Counted from the stretch's first letter, positions 9,790-20,394 are shown. The stretch is DNA of 64,000 nucleotides from Planctomycetota bacterium (GCA_038060895.1 JBBTCT010000034.1:32001-96000), one strand, 5' to 3'. Notes: generated by a model not told the origin, from the letters alone. A program made the numbers and translations.

Positions 9790-11046
9790 ATGGGAATCCA
9801 GGCACCGCTAGGGTTCGAAGACCACCTCCCCGACCGCATGCCGGTCTGGCGTCGCATTGAAGAGGCCGCAAAGCGCGTCGCCGAGACGTATGGCTACCGC
9901 GAGATGCGCACTCCCCTTCTCGAATCAACCGAGCTCTTCATCCGCTCCGTCGGCGAGGTCACCGACATCGTCGAGAAGGAGATGTTCACCTTCGATAAAG
10001 GCGAAAAGGACTCGCTCACCCTCCGCCCCGAGCTCACCGCCTCCTTCGTCCGCGCCTGCGTCGAACACGGCCTCTTCAAGAAGAAGGCCTTCCAGAAACT
10101 GTTCTACATCGGCGCCAACTTCCGCAAGGAACGCCCGCAGAAGGGCCGCCTGCGCCAGTTCCACCAGTTCGGCGTCGAGGCCCTCGGCGCGACCGATCCC
10201 CTGCTCGACGCCGAGACCGTCCTCCTCGCGCTCCGCTTCTTCGAGGAGCTCGGCGTCCCCGGCGTGAAGACCAAGGTCAACTCGATCGGCTGCCCCAACT
10301 GCCGCCCGAAATACCGCGACGCCCTCAAGGCGAAGTTCGCCCCCATCATCGGCCAGTTCTGCGAGAACTGCCGGCGGCGCTTCGACCGCAACGTCTTCCG
10401 CATCCTCGACTGCAAGGTCGAGAAGGACGTCGCCCTCACCGCCGACGCCCCGCGCGTCCAGGACTCCCTCTGCGCCGACTGCCTCGCCCACGACAAGGCC
10501 TTCGTCGACGCCCTGTCGCGCGCCGGCGCTCCCTTCGCCCAGGACCCCCGCCTCGTCCGCGGCTTCGACTACTACACCCGCACCGTCTACGAGTTCACCG
10601 CCCCCGGCCTCGGCGCCCAGGACGCCATCGGCGGCGGCGGCCGCTACGACAACCTCATCGAGGAAATGGGCGGCGACAAGGCCGGCGCCGTCGGCTTCGC
10701 CATCGGCCTCGAACGCGTCGTCATCGCCCTCGAAGCCGCCGGCAAGGCCCCCGAGGAGGAATGGTTCTCCACCCGCGTCTTCGTCACCCACATCGGCCCC
10801 GAAACCCGCGTCCCCGCCTTCGACCTCGTCCGCCAGCTCCGCGCCGACGGCATCGCCGCCGACATGGACTACGAGGGAAGGTCGCTCAAGGCCCAGATGC
10901 GAAGCGCGAACCGCGTGAAGGCGCCGTGGGTTGTGATCATCGGCGGGGATGAGCTGGCGAAGGGGGTGGTGAAGTTGAGGGATATGGGGAAGAGTGTGGA
11001 GGTGGAGGTGAAGCCGGGGGAGTTGGGGGAGAGGGTACGGGGCTAA
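9790..11046 (+). CDS. hisS: Histidine--tRNA ligase
   Basis: [63 protein letters not shown]-terminal anticodon-binding domain. Confidence 0.98.
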   Translation: MGIQAPLGFEDHLPDRMPVWRRIEEAAKRVAETYGYREMRTPLLESTELFIRSVGEVTDIVEKEMFTFDKGEKDSLTLRPELTASFVRACVEHGLFKKKAFQKLFYIGANFRKERPQKGRLRQFHQFGVEALGATDPLLDAETVLLALRFFEELGVPGVKTKVNSIGCPNCRPKYRDALKAKFAPIIGQFCENCRRRFDRNVFRILDCKVEKDVALTADAPRVQDSLCADCLAHDKAFVDALSRAGAPFAQDPRLVRGFDYYTRTVYEFTAPGLGAQDAIGGGGRYDNLIEEMGGDKAGAVGFAIGLERVVIALEAAGKAPEEEWFSTRVFVTHIGPETRVPAFDLVRQLRADGIAADMDYEGRSLKAQMRSANRVKAPWVVIIGGDELAKGVVKLRDMGKSVEVEVKPGELGERVRG

Positions 11047-11200
11047 GTCGGCGCCGGGGCCGACTTCGCTGTTCCACTTTTTGGCTGCTCCGCCCCAATT
11101 TCAAGCGCCACTCTGGTTGATCGCTCGGCGCAGCTCGCCTCGAACTGACGTTCACGGCCGGGCACCATTGCCGTCGACGCTCAGAATCTGACAATGCCCC

Positions 11201-11241
11201 TTGCGCAATAGTGTTATCTATGGTAACTTATTTTATAACAC
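11201..11241 (+). promoter_or_regulatory. AT-rich sigma70-like promoter with inverted-repeat operator
   Basis: TTGCGC-17 nt-TAACTT; inverted repeat GTGTTAT (11211-11217) / ATAACAC (11235-11241) straddling the -10. Confidence 0.55.
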
Positions 11242-11262
11242 ATTCTATAAGTGAGAACAGCG

Positions 11263-11823
11263 ATGACGAAGTCGACCGTGATTACAAAGGAGTTCGACGC
11301 AATCAAGACAGCGTTAGAAGTCTTGGAGCCGCTAGACGCCAAGCAGCGCCAGTTTGTCGTGGGAATGATCCTCTCACGGCTCGACATGGCAGCGCCGGTG
11401 GCGAACGAAGTGGCCGGCGAATCGTCCGCGGGGAGCGGCGCTGAGCATGCGGGGGCCGCGTCGACCAAGGCACCCGGTGTGCGCGATTTTCTCAAGAGGA
11501 AGAGTCCGGCCACGGATCTCGAACGATTTGCCTGCCTCGCCTTTTACCTGACGCAGCACATGGGGTCAGCCGCGTTTACTACGCGCGACATCACAAAACT
11601 CAATGGCGAGGCAGGCGGGCAAGACTTCTCAAATCCGGCCGCCACGGCCATGAATGCGACGCGCCAGAGCAAGCTGCTCAGCAAAGCGGGCGGCGGCAAG
11701 AAGCGCATTACCATTCACGGAGAGGATCTCGTCAATGCCTTGCCTGATCGGGTGAAGGTAAAGGAGGTCATGAAGTCCAAGACCGTTCGGAAAAGGACGG
11801 CCCGGAAGCCGTCCAAGAAATAG
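11263..11823 (+). CDS. Hypothetical protein with probable C-terminal winged-helix domain
   Basis: FLKRKSPATDLERFACLAFYL...KKRITIHGEDLV wing-like pattern; first gene of a two-gene unit. Confidence 0.7.
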   Translation: MTKSTVITKEFDAIKTALEVLEPLDAKQRQFVVGMILSRLDMAAPVANEVAGESSAGSGAEHAGAASTKAPGVRDFLKRKSPATDLERFACLAFYLTQHMGSAAFTTRDITKLNGEAGGQDFSNPAATAMNATRQSKLLSKAGGGKKRITIHGEDLVNALPDRVKVKEVMKSKTVRKRTARKPSKK

Positions 11824-11837
11824 GACGAGGCAACGGA

Positions 11838-12611
11838 ATGATCGCGACAATCAGACAAGGTCTCGCGGCCGCTCTAGATAGCAGTCTCGTCGACGAGTTG
11901 CTCGCGGCACACCAGGAGGCGAAGAGAAATTACTACCTCGGCGGCTTGCGGCTAAGCGCAGTAGAGGGCGGCCGCTTCTGTGAGGCGGCGTTTCGACTGC
12001 TCCAACAGCGGACATCGAAAACCTTCGACAGACTTGGTGTCCAACTCGACACAGAGAAGCTCATCAAGCAGCTCGGCAACATCCCTGCCGCTCAGGAGCT
12101 CGACGCTGTGCGGCTTCACATACCACGGGCGCTTCGCGTCGTCTACGACATCAGAAACAAGCGTAACAATGCCCACCTCGCGGACGGGATCGACCCGAAC
12201 TTGCAGGATGCGACGCTGGTCATTGGAGTCATAGATTGGGTTCTCGCTGAATTTGTTCGGCTCTACCACGCTGTTCCGGCCAACGATGCAAGGCAGATGG
12301 TGGAAAACATCGTCACTCGTTCTGCGCCCGCCATTCAGGACTTTGAGGGATTTCAAAAGGTCCTGCGTACCGATCTTAGCGCCAGCAATTTCGTCGTCCT
12401 TCTCCTTTACGCGAAAGGAAGTGCCGGCGCCAGCATCGAGCAGGTCGAGGGGTGGGTTCGTCCAAAGATGAGAGCCAACCTCCTGCGCACCTTGCATCAG
12501 CTGGAGCATGAGAAGGCGTTCATTCACCGGCGAGAAGGGATGCTGTTTATCACCCACTCAGGACAAAAACATGTAGAAGCGAATCGCCTCATGGCTCCGG
12601 AGCCTGCGTGA
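11838..12611 (+). CDS. HEPN-like RNase domain plus C-terminal winged helix (putative Abi/toxin)
   Basis: GRFCEAAFR early Glu helix and RNKRNNAH R-x-H motif; C-terminal LFITHSGQKHVE wing. Confidence 0.65.
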   Translation: MIATIRQGLAAALDSSLVDELLAAHQEAKRNYYLGGLRLSAVEGGRFCEAAFRLLQQRTSKTFDRLGVQLDTEKLIKQLGNIPAAQELDAVRLHIPRALRVVYDIRNKRNNAHLADGIDPNLQDATLVIGVIDWVLAEFVRLYHAVPANDARQMVENIVTRSAPAIQDFEGFQKVLRTDLSASNFVVLLLYAKGSAGASIEQVEGWVRPKMRANLLRTLHQLEHEKAFIHRREGMLFITHSGQKHVEANRLMAPEPA

Positions 12612-12693
12612 CCCGGAGTCTGAACCCCTGATGCGACGCGGGCATCTTGCGCCGGAAACTCGAAGATGCCACCCAGCGGTGACTCTTACCAAC

Positions 12694-15600
12694 CTACTTG
12701 ATCCACCACCCCTTGTTATTCGCGAACTTGAAGCCGAGTTCTTTCAGTCGTGCTGCCACGGGTCCTTCCGTACCAAGGTGGTAGACCCAGAGTGCGCCCA
12801 ACTTTGCGCGGTGATCCGCCGATTTCAAATTCTGTCCTCGGCATAGTTGCTCTACCTCCCGCAGCATCTTGGGATCAAGGTCATCGCTCTCCCGTCTAGA
12901 GAACAGGGTCTGCTGAGCATCTAGCGGCGCGGCCGTCCGCTCAGCGGCGGGGCGATCCGTGGCGGTGACACTTCGGAGAGGAGGGGCCACGAAATCGGCT
13001 CTGGCGCCCTGTGGTCCGACGGGAGGAATCTCGCTCGAAGTCGCGACTGTCGGACACTCTTGGAAAGCGTTGAGGGTGGCACGCTTTTCCATGGATGGCG
13101 AAACCGTCCGCCGTTCGGTGTGAATGCTTCTGCGGGCCCCGGCAGCGCCCACAGGTTCTATTCCGCGCTCCCGCAGACTCTTCTGCAGGTCTTCGATCAC
13201 GTGTCCTCGCCGACGGAGGAAGGCGGACGCAAAACAACGCCAGAATACCCAGCCTGCTCGTTCGAGTACGCGTTGGCGTCGCATGTCACTCGCCCATTGG
13301 TCAGCCCCGTGATACTGATCGCCGTCACACTCGATCGCTAGCCTCTCGTCGTTGCCTCCCTCCACGACCAGGTCGATTCGATACTGGCCGACGCCGACCT
13401 GCGGCGTGACGAGATACCCGCGCGAAATCAGTTCGTCATACATCTCCCTCTCAAAAGGTGACTCGCAGAGTTTGCGCAGATCGGCTGCACGAACCTCGTC
13501 CTGGGCGAAGGGTGAGGAAAAGTGTGCGATCAAACTTCGCCGCAGCTTGTCGGCGTCGCTGAGGTTCTCCGGCCCTACAGAGCGCACCAGGTACATTCGG
13601 TCACGCGCCCGCGACGCCGCCACGTTGAACCTCTGTTCAAAGGTTGCGCGAGTCGGCGGGGCGCCGACATCGTTCGGCGCGGACACCATCGAGAGAAACA
13701 TGATGTCACGTTCTTTTCCCTGGAACGTCCGAGCGTCTCCGCACGCAATCTGGTGACGCCTGATCACGTCGGGACCTACTTCTGCCGTCAACCGCTCCCA
13801 AACCGCGAAGGCCTGTTTGTCAGCCAGGAGCGATACGACTCCGATCGACCGATCCTTCATCCTCGGATCTGCGACGATATGCCTGATTTCATCGACGATG
13901 AAGCGGACCTCCGGCAAGTTCACGTCCTCCGTGCGGAATCCGTTCTCCACGACGACATCAATGAGGGGTGGATCCAATCGCTCCGAGGCCCTGGGAATTC
14001 TCAGGGGACGCAGTTCGTGGTTGTAGAACTCTCGCTTTGAGTACTCGATGATCGACGTCACGCACCGGAAGTGCTCTTTCAGCGTGACCGAGCTGCCAGC
14101 GAACACGACCTTGAAGAGGTCGTACATGGAACGATCAGGCGCCATCTGTGGGCCGAATGTTGGAACCTGGTCCGCGAGGAATCGACCCATCAGGTTCCGG
14201 ACCTTGTCTTCTTCCAAGCCAACTCCTTCGGGCGATACCTGCTTGTCATCTCCGACTACAAGAATCTTCTTTGCTCGAAGCATCGCAGGAAGTGCAGTCA
14301 GGTCTGATTGCGAGGCTTCGTCGATGACAACCAGGTCAAAGCAGCCAATTCGTGGAGGTAGCGATTCCGACACTCGATAGTGCGGCATGATCCAAGCGGG
14401 GACCGCGGGATTGGCCAATTCAGCCGCCTTGCGAGCGTCCTGGCGATAGCGAACGGCACGTTTGCCGGTCCCCTTGCCGATCTTCATGATCGCGTTGAGG
14501 TACCCCTGCAGCGCAGCGCGAACGCTGTGTGACGCGTTTTGAGTGAGATTCAGCCACGTTCGCTTTCCTACGATGTCGCGGTAGGCGCGCGCAAGATCTG
14601 TGGAGAGTTCTTCTCGCTCCCTTGCAAGTTTCTTCAGTGCAAGATGGGCATCGATGGAATCCAGGTGGCTCGCAAGGCGTCTCACTCTCCAGACCGATTT
14701 CAGGTTGTCCGGCAAGAGTGGGTCATGTGCGCCCTGGAGGGGCTGCCTGAGGGACTCCGCGAATTGCGACGCCCCCGAATCCTCGATGAGCGCACATACA
14801 TCTCGCACCGTCGCCAAGGCGGATTTGAGAGCCAGCACTCGTGAGAGCTCGGTCATCAATGCTGACCAGGTAGACTGAAGTGTCGCCTCTGAAACTTGCG
14901 AATTCCCAAGCGTTTCCTTCAAGAACCGACGAAGGTCCTCCACGACGCGACCTTGACGCCCGTCGAGGACCTTTGAAAATCTCCCCATCGTGTTCCAGAC
15001 ATTTGCCAGTCGGTTCTTCGCCAAGTGATGGCGCAACGCTCTCTCAAGATCGTCAAGCTTCTCCGCGTCTTCGGAGACAAGTCGGTGATGCGGCCATCGT
15101 GGAAACACACGCACCGCCTGATCCCGAAGGTCTGACTCCGCCTGCACGATCGCTCTGACCTTGGCGTAAAGTCCGTACAACTCAGCGGCCTTCAGGCCGC
15201 CTTCCGCGGCATCTCCAGGAACTGGCGCAAGTCCGATCGGAGCTGCCAGCTGATTCCAGCGAAGCGCAAGGGCACGCAGCCGCTGCAGGTGATCAAGGAA
15301 TGCCAGAACCTGTCTCCAATCTGCTGCGGACGCGGGAGGATTGCCAAGGATGAGAATTCCCCGCAGCCGTCTCTTCTGTTCGGACTTTCCGAGCAAACCA
15401 GCGATGAGTCCGAATGGGCTTCTTCCTTCGGCCAGGTTCCCGATGGCTGCCCGGACTTCCAGATCCCGCTCGACCTCCCCGGGAGTTTCCACCGGTCGCG
15501 CCAGGAATGATTTCTGAGCCGCGGACTCGGCGTTCAGCTCGGCACCGAGCGCTTCCAGCATCTTGAAAAGTTCGGCCTTTTCTTTTCTTCGCAGGTTTTC

Positions 15601-17679
15601 CCGGGCGTCGTTTGTCCAGGCCTGATTTGCCCTCACCACCTCTTCACGAAGGCCTCTCAGCGTTTCCACGAGAACTGCCAGGTTGGCCGCTCGAGCGAGC
15701 GTGTCCGGACCCGAATCCGCCAGAGTAGGGACCTCGCCCCGTTCGATACCGAGTTTCAGCTTTTCGAGTTCACATAGGTCAACGTGGGCGTCGAGCAGCG
15801 CGCGAGCCTCGGGAAACTCGACTAGTTGCGGAAGAGATGCGTGCAGGTAGTCGATGTCAATACCCAACTCCCGGCGAGCCTCTCGCAACTGAACAATTTC
15901 GGAATCGGAGAAGCGAGGAGCGAATGTCGGAGCAACACCGATCTCGTCCGGAATCAAGCCAAGAAGTGCCTCGTTGCTAACGACCTCGCGCGCAGCGTCT
16001 TGTGGGTCGATCTCCTGGTCATCTAGTCGGATCTTTGCGAGATTTCGTCTGGCCCAATCAGAAATCTTGCGGTCAATTCCTGCCAGGCTGCCGTGCAACG
16101 CTTCGATCCGTTCTTGCAGACGAAGTATCTCTCGTTTCGTGGCGCCTAGGTCGAGCGACTGTACTTCCGATGCGATCTTGTGGATCGCGTGCTCGAACTG
16201 CTTCATGCCACCGTGTTCACTGGCTAGAAGAGCAATCGAGAGCGGTCGGATCTCTTCCGGCAACTGCTCCTGAAGGACCGCGAGCGCCGGATCCTTCATC
16301 GACGTCACAAGGACGCGCTTGCCGTTCGCAAGAAAGTGGCAAATGACATTTGCAATCGTATGCGTCTTGCCTGTCCCAGGAGGTCCCTGTACGACGACGC
16401 CGTTGAAGACCTCTAGCAGCTGGACGATCCGGACCTGTTCGTCGTTGAAGGCCTTTGGAAAGTAAAGGTCTCGCACCTTGGACTTGGGTGACGAGGAGCC
16501 ACTTTCGCCAGCGTAGGCAACAGACAAGCCGCGGAACTCAGGCAAGTCAATTTCGCGGCTGGTGGTTTCCGGATCCGTCACCAGAGCTTTGACGGCGGGG
16601 GGAAGCTCTTCCTTTCCCTCAGACTCCTGAATCGCTTCCTTCAGCTTTTCCAGGTCCTGCAAAAAGACGCCTTGAGTTCTGGGGCGTGCGAAAACTACCC
16701 ACGTATTTGTCACCTTGAGGTGCTCATCGGCGTCAGGAATGCTGCGATCTTCGGAAGGCACCGTTTCGGGCCAGTAGACCCCGTGCGCGTCCAGGGTAGT
16801 TGCCGCCGAGCGGAGTAAGGATTCAAAGGTGCTCTGATCGAATGGAGAGAAAGTGGTCGTGACCGCCGCAAAATGGTCCTTTGCTGTCTTCTCCAGAACG
16901 CTTACTTCGCAATTCTCTACGCCGGAGCACCAGTCGATTTCAAGTCGAGCATCTGCCTGTCTTGGCCTCACCTTCAAGTTCCCGTTTTCGGGGTCGAGTG
17001 CCAGCTCCACAAGGCGAGTGACTAGCGGGTACGCCACGCGCATCCCATCACAATTCCAGACGCAGATGCCTGCGCCCCATACGAGCTCGATTTGTGACTC
17101 GACGATCCCCCCCTCAAGCTGTTGTTTCAGCGTGAAGAGCTTCGAGTAGAGTTGGATCGATCGCCTTCGCGGCTTCTCCCGTTCTGCCCAAGGCCTCCAC
17201 TCTGAGTCGAGGTAGTCGGAAAATTGGGACCTGACGATCGATGCCTTCGCGAAGTCAGCCAAGGAGACGAACGACAACGAATCTCCGACCTTAGCGCCCG
17301 CACTCGATGTGATACCTGCTTTCGAGTTCTGGCCGGTCTCTGGCGCGGCAGTCGTCGCCCCCAGAAACCTAAGATCAATCTGGCCAAGCAATTTGGGAGG
17401 CTCGGTCGGCAGGTCCTGGACTTCAACCCAGGGTCGGAGGATCTCACTTTTGATTCTCGGCGGCGGGTCCGGATGGAGTCGTTCCACCGAGAGCCACACT
17501 TCGTCATCGCCCTCGGCATCGTGAAGATCTAGATGGATCCCTGGCAGACCCTGAATCTCATGCTCGTGCATCGAGAAGAGTCGGTGCTGCGCGACGCTCG
17601 AAACGAACTTGCTCCGCAGGCGCGCAGATTGCTGCGCGAACTCGATCAGTGAGACCAAACGATCATGGGCGGAACTCAC
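12694..17679 (-). CDS. Large UPF1/DNA2-like SF1 helicase with C-terminal Vsr/MTES_1575-like endonuclease (Hhe-like defence candidate)
   Basis: QGPPGTGKT, IDEASQ, VGDDKQ, EHFRC, FQGKERD, FNVAASRAR; ESPFERE...YRIDLVV...IECDGDQYH...RQRVLERAGW; start uncertain (17679 or 17736). Confidence 0.9.
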   Translation of the reverse strand: MSSAHDRLVSLIEFAQQSARLRSKFVSSVAQHRLFSMHEHEIQGLPGIHLDLHDAEGDDEVWLSVERLHPDPPPRIKSEILRPWVEVQDLPTEPPKLLGQIDLRFLGATTAAPETGQNSKAGITSSAGAKVGDSLSFVSLADFAKASIVRSQFSDYLDSEWRPWAEREKPRRRSIQLYSKLFTLKQQLEGGIVESQIELVWGAGICVWNCDGMRVAYPLVTRLVELALDPENGNLKVRPRQADARLEIDWCSGVENCEVSVLEKTAKDHFAAVTTTFSPFDQSTFESLLRSAATTLDAHGVYWPETVPSEDRSIPDADEHLKVTNTWVVFARPRTQGVFLQDLEKLKEAIQESEGKEELPPAVKALVTDPETTSREIDLPEFRGLSVAYAGESGSSSPKSKVRDLYFPKAFNDEQVRIVQLLEVFNGVVVQGPPGTGKTHTIANVICHFLANGKRVLVTSMKDPALAVLQEQLPEEIRPLSIALLASEHGGMKQFEHAIHKIASEVQSLDLGATKREILRLQERIEALHGSLAGIDRKISDWARRNLAKIRLDDQEIDPQDAAREVVSNEALLGLIPDEIGVAPTFAPRFSDSEIVQLREARRELGIDIDYLHASLPQLVEFPEARALLDAHVDLCELEKLKLGIERGEVPTLADSGPDTLARAANLAVLVETLRGLREEVVRANQAWTNDARENLRRKEKAELFKMLEALGAELNAESAAQKSFLARPVETPGEVERDLEVRAAIGNLAEGRSPFGLIAGLLGKSEQKRRLRGILILGNPPASAADWRQVLAFLDHLQRLRALALRWNQLAAPIGLAPVPGDAAEGGLKAAELYGLYAKVRAIVQAESDLRDQAVRVFPRWPHHRLVSEDAEKLDDLERALRHHLAKNRLANVWNTMGRFSKVLDGRQGRVVEDLRRFLKETLGNSQVSEATLQSTWSALMTELSRVLALKSALATVRDVCALIEDSGASQFAESLRQPLQGAHDPLLPDNLKSVWRVRRLASHLDSIDAHLALKKLAREREELSTDLARAYRDIVGKRTWLNLTQNASHSVRAALQGYLNAIMKIGKGTGKRAVRYRQDARKAAELANPAVPAWIMPHYRVSESLPPRIGCFDLVVIDEASQSDLTALPAMLRAKKILVVGDDKQVSPEGVGLEEDKVRNLMGRFLADQVPTFGPQMAPDRSMYDLFKVVFAGSSVTLKEHFRCVTSIIEYSKREFYNHELRPLRIPRASERLDPPLIDVVVENGFRTEDVNLPEVRFIVDEIRHIVADPRMKDRSIGVVSLLADKQAFAVWERLTAEVGPDVIRRHQIACGDARTFQGKERDIMFLSMVSAPNDVGAPPTRATFEQRFNVAASRARDRMYLVRSVGPENLSDADKLRRSLIAHFSSPFAQDEVRAADLRKLCESPFEREMYDELISRGYLVTPQVGVGQYRIDLVVEGGNDERLAIECDGDQYHGADQWASDMRRQRVLERAGWVFWRCFASAFLRRRGHVIEDLQKSLRERGIEPVGAAGARRSIHTERRTVSPSMEKRATLNAFQECPTVATSSEIPPVGPQGARADFVAPPLRSVTATDRPAAERTAAPLDAQQTLFSRRESDDLDPKMLREVEQLCRGQNLKSADHRAKLGALWVYHLGTEGPVAARLKELGFKFANNKGWWIK

Positions 17680-17825
17680 GCCCAGCCATGCAACATCGCT
17701 GACATCATGTCGGTCAAGGGTACTGTAGACTTCCACCGCGGAGTGACGACTCGCCCCGTTGCCGGTCTGCGACGCCTAGCAGTATTCCGGCCTCCGATCG
17801 AAGTGTTGCCGCCTCCAAGGACACG

Positions 17826-18428
17826 ATGGACAACCCAGCTCCCACACACGCGCAGGCGATTCGAAAACCGGCGACCATCGATCAGGCTTTCGTCCGTGAA
17901 GTCGTCGGCGAGTTTCCGCATGGAAGCTGGAAATCCCTGCGAGGTTCAAACCTCAGCTCGTCGACCGAAGCCAACTCAAAAGCACGATCTTGGAAGTGCG
18001 TGCGATGCCTCCATAAAGTCGGAGGCGTCTACGCATTCTTGTTTCCGGAGAGCCACTTTCTCGAAGAGCGCGAAATCTCACTCGACGGACCGCTGAAGCG
18101 AAGCATCCCATTCAGATTTAGTCACAAGACTCACCCTGCACACGAGGGGTACGTCGTGGCCTACGTCGGAAAAGCCACGAACCTGAGTCAGCGATTCAAG
18201 TTGCACTTCAGCAGGACCGAAAGGAGCACCGTCGTGCAGGTCAGAGCCGGTCTCGTCAAGTCGGGTTTCTGCGTGGATCGCCACCTTGCGCTGGATTTCA
18301 TGCTCCAGCACGCGGTGATCAGGTATCGAGAACTGACAGGAGATGAGCACGCCGCCAACCGCGACCTCCTGGAGTTGTCGCTGTGCGCGCGCTTCGCGCC
18401 ACCGTTCAACATCAAATCTGAACGGTGA
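17826..18428 (+). CDS. GIY-YIG family nuclease
   Basis: GGVYAF...AYVGKATNLSQRFKLH...LLE...PPFN. Confidence 0.75.
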   Translation: MDNPAPTHAQAIRKPATIDQAFVREVVGEFPHGSWKSLRGSNLSSSTEANSKARSWKCVRCLHKVGGVYAFLFPESHFLEEREISLDGPLKRSIPFRFSHKTHPAHEGYVVAYVGKATNLSQRFKLHFSRTERSTVVQVRAGLVKSGFCVDRHLALDFMLQHAVIRYRELTGDEHAANRDLLELSLCARFAPPFNIKSER

Positions 18429-18576
18429 GCTCTCGTCGAACTTGCAGAGCACGAGACTTGAGTGGCGCGGTGTCTCGGTGGGCTTGCTTTCACCACACCG
18501 GAGGCTACGATTCCAGTTTGATGCAGTTCACGGCCCGCGAGCCGCACTAATCCGCAGGCTCTCCGGAGAGTGAAAG

Positions 18577-19587
18577 TTGAGCGAACGTCATCGCCTGCTC
18601 GAATCGATCGCGAAGATAACGTCGGACTACCGCACCGGCGAAGTCGCAGCTCCTTCTCCGGAGCACGTCGAGAGGTGGGTCGCTCAGTTCGATCCAAAGG
18701 TTCGCGATCCGCTCCTCGCCGAGATGGAGCACGTCCTGCGGCGCAGTTACCTGAGTCGCAAGACCGTCACGACCTTCCTGGGGAAGCAGGTGATGAACAA
18801 CAAGCTCGCAGGCGCTTCACCCTGCGCCTTCTGGAAAGCCGCGCACTTCCTCAGGATCCAGAAGAACGGTCACAGCCAGGAGGAGATGCTCGACCTGTTC
18901 GCCGACTGCCTGAAGTCTCAGTGCAGCATCGACCTGGCTGACTGCGGCAGCGCGGAAGGAGCCTACATCTACCTCGATGACGCGTCGTTCAGCGGCAGCA
19001 GGATGGGCAGCGACCTCGAAGAGTGGATCCTCACGAAGGCTCCCAAGAAGGCAACCGTCCACGTTCTCGTCATCGCGGTCCACGCCCTCGGCGAGTTTCT
19101 GGCAACCAACCGCCTGGACAAGGCCGCGGATCGAGCCGGGAAGAAGATCGACTTCCACATCTGGCGGGCGATCACGATCGAGAATCGCAAAGCGTACCGC
19201 CACTCGTCCGAGGTTCTGTGGCCGGTCAGTCTGCCGAGGAACAAGGACGTGCAGGCCTACGCCGACGAGGAGGACCGGTATCCGTTCGAACCAAGGACTG
19301 CCATTCCCACGAGCACGCAGACCTTCTTCACGTCCGAAGCTGGACGCCAACTCCTCGAGCGAGAAATGCTCCTGGCAGGTGTACGAATCCGCTCGATGAG
19401 CGCGAACCCAAAGAAGATCATGAGGCCGTTGGGCTTCAGTGCCTTCGGGTTGGGCTTTGGGTCGATGATCGTGACGTTCCGAAACTGTCCGAACAACTGT
19501 CCGCTCGCCTTGTGGTGGGGTGACCCGGACTCGACTTCGGAAGGACCGCTGAACTGGTATCCGTTGTTTCCCCGCAAAACCTACTAG
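18577..19587 (+). CDS. Phosphoribosyltransferase-fold conflict protein (PRTase-CE/ShosT-like)
   Basis: PRPP-loop-like YIYLDDASFSGS; C-terminal FRNCPNNCPLALWW...WYPLFPR; TTG start after GGAGAG. Confidence 0.75.
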   Translation: MSERHRLLESIAKITSDYRTGEVAAPSPEHVERWVAQFDPKVRDPLLAEMEHVLRRSYLSRKTVTTFLGKQVMNNKLAGASPCAFWKAAHFLRIQKNGHSQEEMLDLFADCLKSQCSIDLADCGSAEGAYIYLDDASFSGSRMGSDLEEWILTKAPKKATVHVLVIAVHALGEFLATNRLDKAADRAGKKIDFHIWRAITIENRKAYRHSSEVLWPVSLPRNKDVQAYADEEDRYPFEPRTAIPTSTQTFFTSEAGRQLLEREMLLAGVRIRSMSANPKKIMRPLGFSAFGLGFGSMIVTFRNCPNNCPLALWWGDPDSTSEGPLNWYPLFPRKTY

Positions 19588-19602
19588 AGTACGGTGGTGG
19601 TC

Positions 19603-20241
19603 ATGAATCCATCGGGCGCAAAGCGACGTTCGGAGACACGCACCTACCGGCGTTCCGCTTGCGTCGTTTTCTGCAAGACGGCTGAGGAATTCGGTGGTCT
19701 GTCGAACATGGCGGGAGGCTTCCCGCTGGAGATAAACGGGATTCCGATCCTCACTGCAGAGGCCCTGTACCAGGCCTGCAGATTTCCGCACCGTCCCGAG
19801 ATTCAGCGCCTGATCATCGATCAAAAGAGTCCCATGACGGCGAAGATGAAAAGCAAGCCACATCGCGCGGACTCAAGAAGTGACTGGGACGCTGCGCGAG
19901 TCACGATCATGAGGTGGTGCGTGAGGGCGAAGCTCGTGCAAAACCGGTCGAAGTTCGGACCGCTTTTACTATCGACGCTGGATCGCCCCATCGTTGAGGA
20001 ATCGCGGAGAGATGACTTCTGGGGCGCGCAACCCGTCGATGCGGAGGTTCTGGTCGGATCCAATCTCCTTGGCAGGCTGCTGATGGAACTTCGGCAGCAG
20101 TTCCGCGAGACGAATGGGGATGGTTTCAAGCACCTCGACCCTCCCAGAATCCCGAACTTTCAGATTTACGGTGAGCCCATCCGAGTCGTCACGCCACCTT
20201 CGCCGAAGCGGCGGCGCGGTGGAGACTTGTTCGGGAGTTAA
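19603..20241 (+). CDS. NADAR family N-glycosidase (YbiA/DUF1768-like)
   Basis: LSNM...TAEALYQACRF...DWDAARVTIMRWCVRAK...LLST...IVEESRRDDFWG...GSNLLGRLLMELR. Confidence 0.85.
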   Translation: MNPSGAKRRSETRTYRRSACVVFCKTAEEFGGLSNMAGGFPLEINGIPILTAEALYQACRFPHRPEIQRLIIDQKSPMTAKMKSKPHRADSRSDWDAARVTIMRWCVRAKLVQNRSKFGPLLLSTLDRPIVEESRRDDFWGAQPVDAEVLVGSNLLGRLLMELRQQFRETNGDGFKHLDPPRIPNFQIYGEPIRVVTPPSPKRRRGGDLFGS

Positions 20242-20394
20242 CGGGCTCAGCTTGAATGCACATTCCTCCACGACGACTCCATCACAGAGCGGCGAACTTC
20301 GAGCTCGATCGCTGTGGGGCGCGTCGAGCCGCTCGGATCAACCAGCTCGGCGACCACGAAAGCAATATTCGAATTCAAGGAGGCTCAATTCACG

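Noticed and set aside
19603-20241. DarT1-NADAR toxin-antitoxin system
   Set aside because: No ADP-ribosyltransferase-like ORF recognised next to the NADAR gene
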